From NCBI RefSeq assembly GCF_001194135.2, contig NC_068985.1, forward strand, positions 126,815,004 to 126,857,309: a stretch of 42,306 bases of DNA, read 5' to 3'. Origin of the DNA: Octopus bimaculoides (lineage: Eukaryota). Position 1 is the first letter of the stretch. Every line of letters begins with the position of its first letter. The translations under genes and the position numbers were made by a program. Of this stretch, positions 37,041 through 42,306 are shown in pieces. Below the pieces are notes generated by a model, which worked only from the letters and a program-made list of their open reading frames with translations, was not told the DNA's origin and did not search any database.

Positions 37041-37744
37041 CTGGCGAAACTAAAGTTATCTGCCATATCTCCACGGTTCCCATTGCTGTGTTTCTGGTAA
37101 AATCTCAGGTATACCCAGCTGACAACAATCCCCCATCCAAACATGAATGGATAAGGCCCATCCAATGCTCCGATCAGACGTAACGCGACTGACAGCAAAA
37201 GCAGTAAGAGTGGGATGTGCGTGTTACGAAGTTTTCCAAGAGGCGATGTCACTAGAATGTGGTCAGGCATCACTTGTTTAACGGCAACAGAAAATCCGGC
37301 AATATAGCCAGGAAGACCGTGAATGTGTGTGTGAAACAAGTACATCTCTTTCCGACTCACAAAGTAGATAACAATGTAGAGGAAAGATGTAAGTAATGCC
37401 ACGCCCACATTGACGACCACAAAAAAGACAAGCATGTCTAGTGTTCCCCATAAGGGTTCCAAAAGTTTACCACACAATATAAGTACAGCTACATCAATAA
37501 GAACATCCCAGAAGTGTACTTCGACAAAACAATGCGTCGCATAGGTCCAGATCCAGAAGTTTGGAGGCATAACATATCCAGGAGTAACAGTTAAATAAGG
37601 AATAGCAGCATTAATGAACGATAACAGATAACCTAATGTCACAGCAACGGCAACAAATTTCACAACAATACTACTCTTTCCGAAAGCGACTGAAATTTGC
37701 TCGCGTATCAAAGGTAAATTTCTCTCCACCACGGGCGTCGCCAT
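37041..37744 (-). CDS. TMEM115: TMEM115 (Golgi rhomboid-like/DUF1751 membrane protein), coding exon 1
   Basis: ATG at 37744 reads MATPVVERNLPLIREQ...PNFWIWTYATHCFVEVHFWDV...GKLLEPLWG...WVYLRFYQKHSNGNRGDMADNFSFA, which matches TMEM115 family motifs. The exon ends AG|GTAAGT (donor at 37040), 704 nt, phase 2. Confidence 0.96.
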
Positions 37745-37790
37745 TTTGTCGTTATTTGCAACCCAAACAACTACTTCCGGTAACTTCCGG
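37739..37790 (-). promoter_or_regulatory. Housekeeping-type promoter/5'UTR motifs: tandem ETS sites and a YY1-like site over the ATG
   Basis: CCGGAAGT occurs twice with a 10-bp period (37783-37790, 37773-37780). AAAATGGCG at 37747-37739 overlaps the start codon. The surrounding DNA is locally CpG-rich. The TSS cannot be determined from sequence. Confidence 0.6.
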
Positions 37791-40689
37791 CACAATGGCC
37801 ACTGCCAGCAATGTTTTGATAAATTCACATCGTGAAAGACTAATGAAAAACAAATGCAACGATATCACTATCACACTGATTATGTACCGTCTTGTGTCTA
37901 TTTACTTAAACCACTTTCTTATTAATTTCTTGTTATTGCTTTAAGTGAATATAATATACTGATTAAACTTCTGTTTATCTTTGTTTCGCCGGTGGACGAC
38001 GTTGGCTTTCATTTCTCCGTCGTCGATAAAATCATTAGTAGAATAAATTGATAGGGAGTCAGTTAACAGAACTGTCGCGTCATGTTACATCAATATAATA
38101 TCTTAGCTATTTATACAATAGTTATGCTTTCATTTGGAAAAGAATGTATGGCATCCGTTACCTCTAATAATCCATAACGAATCGGGAAGAAGTTGAAAAG
38201 TTGCAAGCATCAGCTGTCGTACATTAATCAAGAAGGAAAATTTTTGATTTGTCACGATGATTAAATCGATACAACCAGATGTCACTTCACAAGGGTCAGA
38301 GAAGAAGCGTGTGCTTGTTGAATACACACAGAGGTAGTCCCACAATGACGGAGCAGGGTCAGGGTAAGGGAAGTAAATCCAAATGTTTTTGTTTCTTACG
38401 ACGTACCTGATTGTGTGGAGTGGGGAGGGGGTTGAATTCAGCTTGCTTTCAACTCCCTGTTGATTCACTGTGGAATACAGAGAGGTAACAAGAGCCATAA
38501 ATTCTATTGGAAGGATCATTTTAAAAAATCCAAAACGAAAGCATACTAATAAATAATACAATATCTGTATTCATAGTCAATTATTATACTTGCAATATTT
38601 TATTAAGGTTTAGGCACAGTGTTGACAATTCCTTATTAATTGAATATGTGTAGGGTAAAATGTAGCGTATGTTTTGGAGGAGATATAGCCTATTGTTATT
38701 TAACCCCTGATCAATTCTAATTGAGCTAAATATAATCAGTGATCATTCTATATCAGTCTACGTCACCCAATATAGTTTTTTAATTTAAAGACGATGTAGT
38801 ACGATTAAAAGATGTGGCTGCTATTTGTAGCAAGGTGAGCGACCACTTGGAGACTTACCCTATATGTTTTGGTGTTTATATTGTTTTGCCCATCCAAAGC
38901 CAACACGTTACCTTAAAGTGTTTCGATATCAGAGGTTTTCAAACTTATTTTATCGTGAAACAACCCTCACCGTCCTAACTTTAATAAAACAAGAATTGAT
39001 TCAGAAAGAATATTCATTTGTAGAAAAAAAATTGTTTTGAAAATAGTGAATACAATTTCTATTTTCTTATGAAATAAATTTTTTTATTAAAAGACACCTC
39101 ATGTTACGGAATTCCAGAATTTTTTTCCCCGCGGCAGAATCCTGGGGTTTCCGGGGTCTGCTTTGAGAGAAATTCCTAAGTTTTGTCCATTCCTTCTCTG
39201 ATCAGTGGACTTTCGGAATAGTCATCATTTCCTGATGGAGAACGGAAAGGGTAAGGAATTGGGTTGCTGTTTCCCAAAATTTTAATTTTTTTACATTTTT
39301 GCACCCATTTTCTCGGTAAACTTTTACCATTACACCCATTCCATAGGGCGAGGGCAATAGTAATTTTCTTTCTACAAACAGTAACTTACTGAAGTTCAAA
39401 ATGATCATCGACCTTACCAATCTGGGAATGTTTATTAAGGCAGACTAGGGCCTTCGGTTTTTGTTTTGTTTTTTTTGTGCATGTGGAGCGGGATGAATTA
39501 ATCAATTACATCGAACCAACCATTTCACTAGTACCGTATCTTGTCGACCCTGAAGGGAGAAAGGCCAGGTTATCTTCGGCATATTTTGAACTTCAAACAT
39601 AAAGATCCTAAATCAATGCCGCGATGCATTTTGACCAACGCTCTTGTAACGCGCAAATGTGAGTGTACATCGGGGTTACTAAACGTAGTGCTAGGATGTG
39701 AAGGGCCACTATATGTAGATGGTCAATAGCAGGATGAAACAGCGTAATAGCAACATCGAAAAGGAAAGGAATAATATTCACAAATTTATTTGCAGGCAGT
39801 GGTTAATAGAATATACATAATAGTAATTGACAATAGTAATGATGTGTTGGTGGCTCGTTGGTAGTGTGTAAACTGTGCATTTTGCTGACGGGAAGAAAGA
39901 GTAAGGATTACGTTGTTCTTTTCCATCCAGTCGATGCTACTGCTCCCAGTTAACAGCTGACACAAATAGAGATGTGTTCTCTCGATTAGCAAGTTGAACT
40001 GAAGAGGGTGAGAGAGAGATGATCTCAGTTGTATAGGGTATGACCAGGAAGTAGGTCAAAGCTAAAACAATGGACTGACCCTTCAATAGCCAGCAAAGGT
40101 CTCTGTGGGTCAGGTACTTCTCATTAATCTCCCAGGATGGAGATAAAACACAATGGAATCATACAGGTGTCTGACAAACAAGTGTGTATATTCGGATTTC
40201 AATTTCAGTTAGGCAGAGCTAAACAAGCTCCACACTCTTACGATTTCTTCTTACTTAGACATAAGGCCAGATATTTTGAGGAAAAAGGTTTGTAGATACC
40301 ATCGACTCCGGTATTTGCTTGGTATTTCATTTTATCGATTCCGAAACCAATCCAGCACCTTTAATTGATAAACAATCAAAAGGTAGGTTGTGTTTGTGCG
40401 ATATTTTTTCCTTCCATGTTAGCGTTCAACACTGCCTATGTAAAAACATAAAGTGAATGAAAATATGAAGGGAAACACTCAAACACGACCGTGCACGTGC
40501 TCAGGTGATGTACATTTTTCTTCTGGAATATTAAGTTATATTGCGGGAGATCTCAACTGATCTTTAATGTAAATACTATTTGGGGGTCTTACCGTCTTAA
40601 GAATAAAGGACATACGTTAGATAAGGACCCGTTTTAGTCATAGAAACATTGTTTGAAAACAGATGATATAGTGTTGACTGGATTGCCTT

Positions 40690-40950
40690 AAATACGTCGA
40701 CTTGATAAGAGGTGACTTGGAATAACTACCACGAGAGAAGAACAGAGCCTCTACATGGGCACTCGATCTGCTAGACATAGCAATGAAATCTCTCTCAAAC
40801 GACACCTCACTTTAAAAGGGAAGAACATAATGAATGTAATCCTAGATATGTTGTCTGAAAATGCAACTGGAATGACTGGTTATGATAGAAACGCTTTTAT
40901 CACATGTCTGCTCGATTACAGCTGATTTAGGGCCAAAAAGCTACATGTTT
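40690..40950 (+). repeat. Old interspersed repeat family, unclassified (copies at about 2530-2660, 3790-3990, 30195-30345 on +; 5000-5165, 29330-29530, 38690-38870 on -)
   Basis: Shared block resembling GGTCACTCGACCTGCTAGAAATAGCAGCCAAATCTCCCTCAAATCACAC. Confidence 0.55.
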
Positions 40951-41555
40951 TTTTACTTTGGAAAGTTTTTAAAATATCATTCATCCAATAAAATCAATGC
41001 CATCTGTTACTTTTACCTGTGCCATACTACTTTAACCATCCACTTAAAGCTATTTCTTTTTTAACATTAGCTTACTCTGTGTGTGTGTAAAATAAAACTA
41101 TGTATACAAAAGACAGTATCGATCAACATAACAGATTATGAGATAGAGAAAGAACCCATCTGGACTTCAAAACATTTTTAAATATTCAACGGTACATGAA
41201 CAGTGCGTAGTTACGTCTTTTTAAAATTACTTTGGACTAAATGCTTTGCACCATTTGTTCCAGCTCTTTACGTTCAGCGTCCAAATCCCACTGGGGTCAG
41301 CTTTTCATTTCATTCTTTTGAGGACCAGTGAAACAAAACACCAGTCAAATGCTGGAAGAGAGCGAGATAGTTGTTTCATTCTTTCCCACCAAAATTGCTC
41401 GCCTTGTACCCAAGTCAGAAATCATTGTTCTTAGAAAAAATCTATTTTTCAATAGCTTAGTCAGTGGAGGAAAGCTGTCTGCATGACTCTTTTATGAAGT
41501 CTCTTACAACAGAACACACTCTGTTAAAAACACCCAAAGGCTAGATGGTGGTGTT

Positions 41556-41641
41556 AAATTGGGAGAATAAATATGGGGGAACTTGTTAATTGCACTTGCA
41601 AATGCAATTAACAAGTTTCCTCATATTTTGTTTGCCAATTT
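41556..41641 (+). ncRNA. Candidate pri-miRNA / hairpin RNA
   Basis: A 26-bp contiguous stem with two G.U pairs, an 8-nt loop and a 13-position lower stem. No known mature miRNA recognised. Confidence 0.4.
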
Positions 41642-41849
41642 CAGTCACAAGGTTTGGGCCAACCCAATTCTGTGGTACATAACTTTTGCCCTATATGTCA
41701 CACGGTTGAATCAAACCTGATACTTTATGATTTTGAAGCAAACCCGAAATGATAAGGTTGAGAAACGCTGTTATAGATTATGCCTAACTGAAAACAATCA
41801 GAGCCACATCATCCAAACAGACTGGGTGAAACTGGGTTTAGCTGCTAGA

Positions 41850-41851
<2 letters not shown>

Positions 41852-41901
<50 letters not shown>

Positions 41902-41916
41902 NNNNNNNNNNNNNNN

Positions 41917-41959
<43 letters not shown>

Positions 41960-42306
41960 TTATCGTATATATACATGTATATATATATGATATATATATA
42001 TCATACATATATATATGATATATCTATCTATGTATATATATATATATCATGTATATATATATATATATATATATTATTTTATTTAAAAGAGTTCCAACTC
42101 TGTCTGTTTTTTATGTTTTTTATTTATATTCTTGTAAAATTTATGTGGGATATAGAATATGGAATATATAATATATAATATAAAAAAAGATGGATGGTAC
42201 AATGAAATGAAGTATTGAATGTCTTATTGAATATATGGAATATGTCTTATTGAATATATGAAATATTGAGTGTTCAATATAAAGGATTAAATATATAAAT
42301 ATATAA
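41852..42306. repeat. (TA)n/(TG)n microsatellite and AT-rich low complexity (other (TA)n at 906-942, 1550-1577, 28697-28782, 34915-35010; (CTAT)n/(CT)n at 27325-27420)
   Basis: Direct reading. Confidence 0.95.

Noticed and set aside
37745-37830. 28-aa N-terminal extension in the ORF track, and an ATG-TGA mini-uORF at 37830-37825
   Set aside because: The extension starts at GTG and runs through the ETS motifs. Family homology begins at ATG 37744. The TSS is unknown, so the uORF may not be transcribed.

Overview
AT-rich, repeat-dense animal DNA with six N-gaps. The SINE/LINE families and microsatellite load look like an octopus (coleoid cephalopod) genome; this is an inference from repeat recognition. 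One host gene is supported: TMEM115 on the minus strand, with 3 coding exons (37744-37041, 19836-19663, 15454-15214; 372 aa), GT-AG introns of about 17.2 kb and 4.2 kb, and ETS/YY1 motifs around the start codon. The rest is mostly mobile-element debris: a full-length decayed DD37D (maT) transposon, a small Helitron with both ends and a Rep remnant, RTE, Tx1/L1 and CR1-like LINE fragments, piggyBac-type MITEs and several tRNA-SINE families. The most notable non-gene signals are a pri-miRNA-shaped hairpin at 41556-41641, a decayed Penelope-type minimal hammerhead ribozyme at 1722-1820, a 4.8 kb head-to-tail same-strand SINE array, retroposon-seeded minisatellites, and a CpG-retention gradient around the promoter. 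I found no convincing new protein-coding system. The other ORFs in the track come from repeats, gaps or TE remnants.
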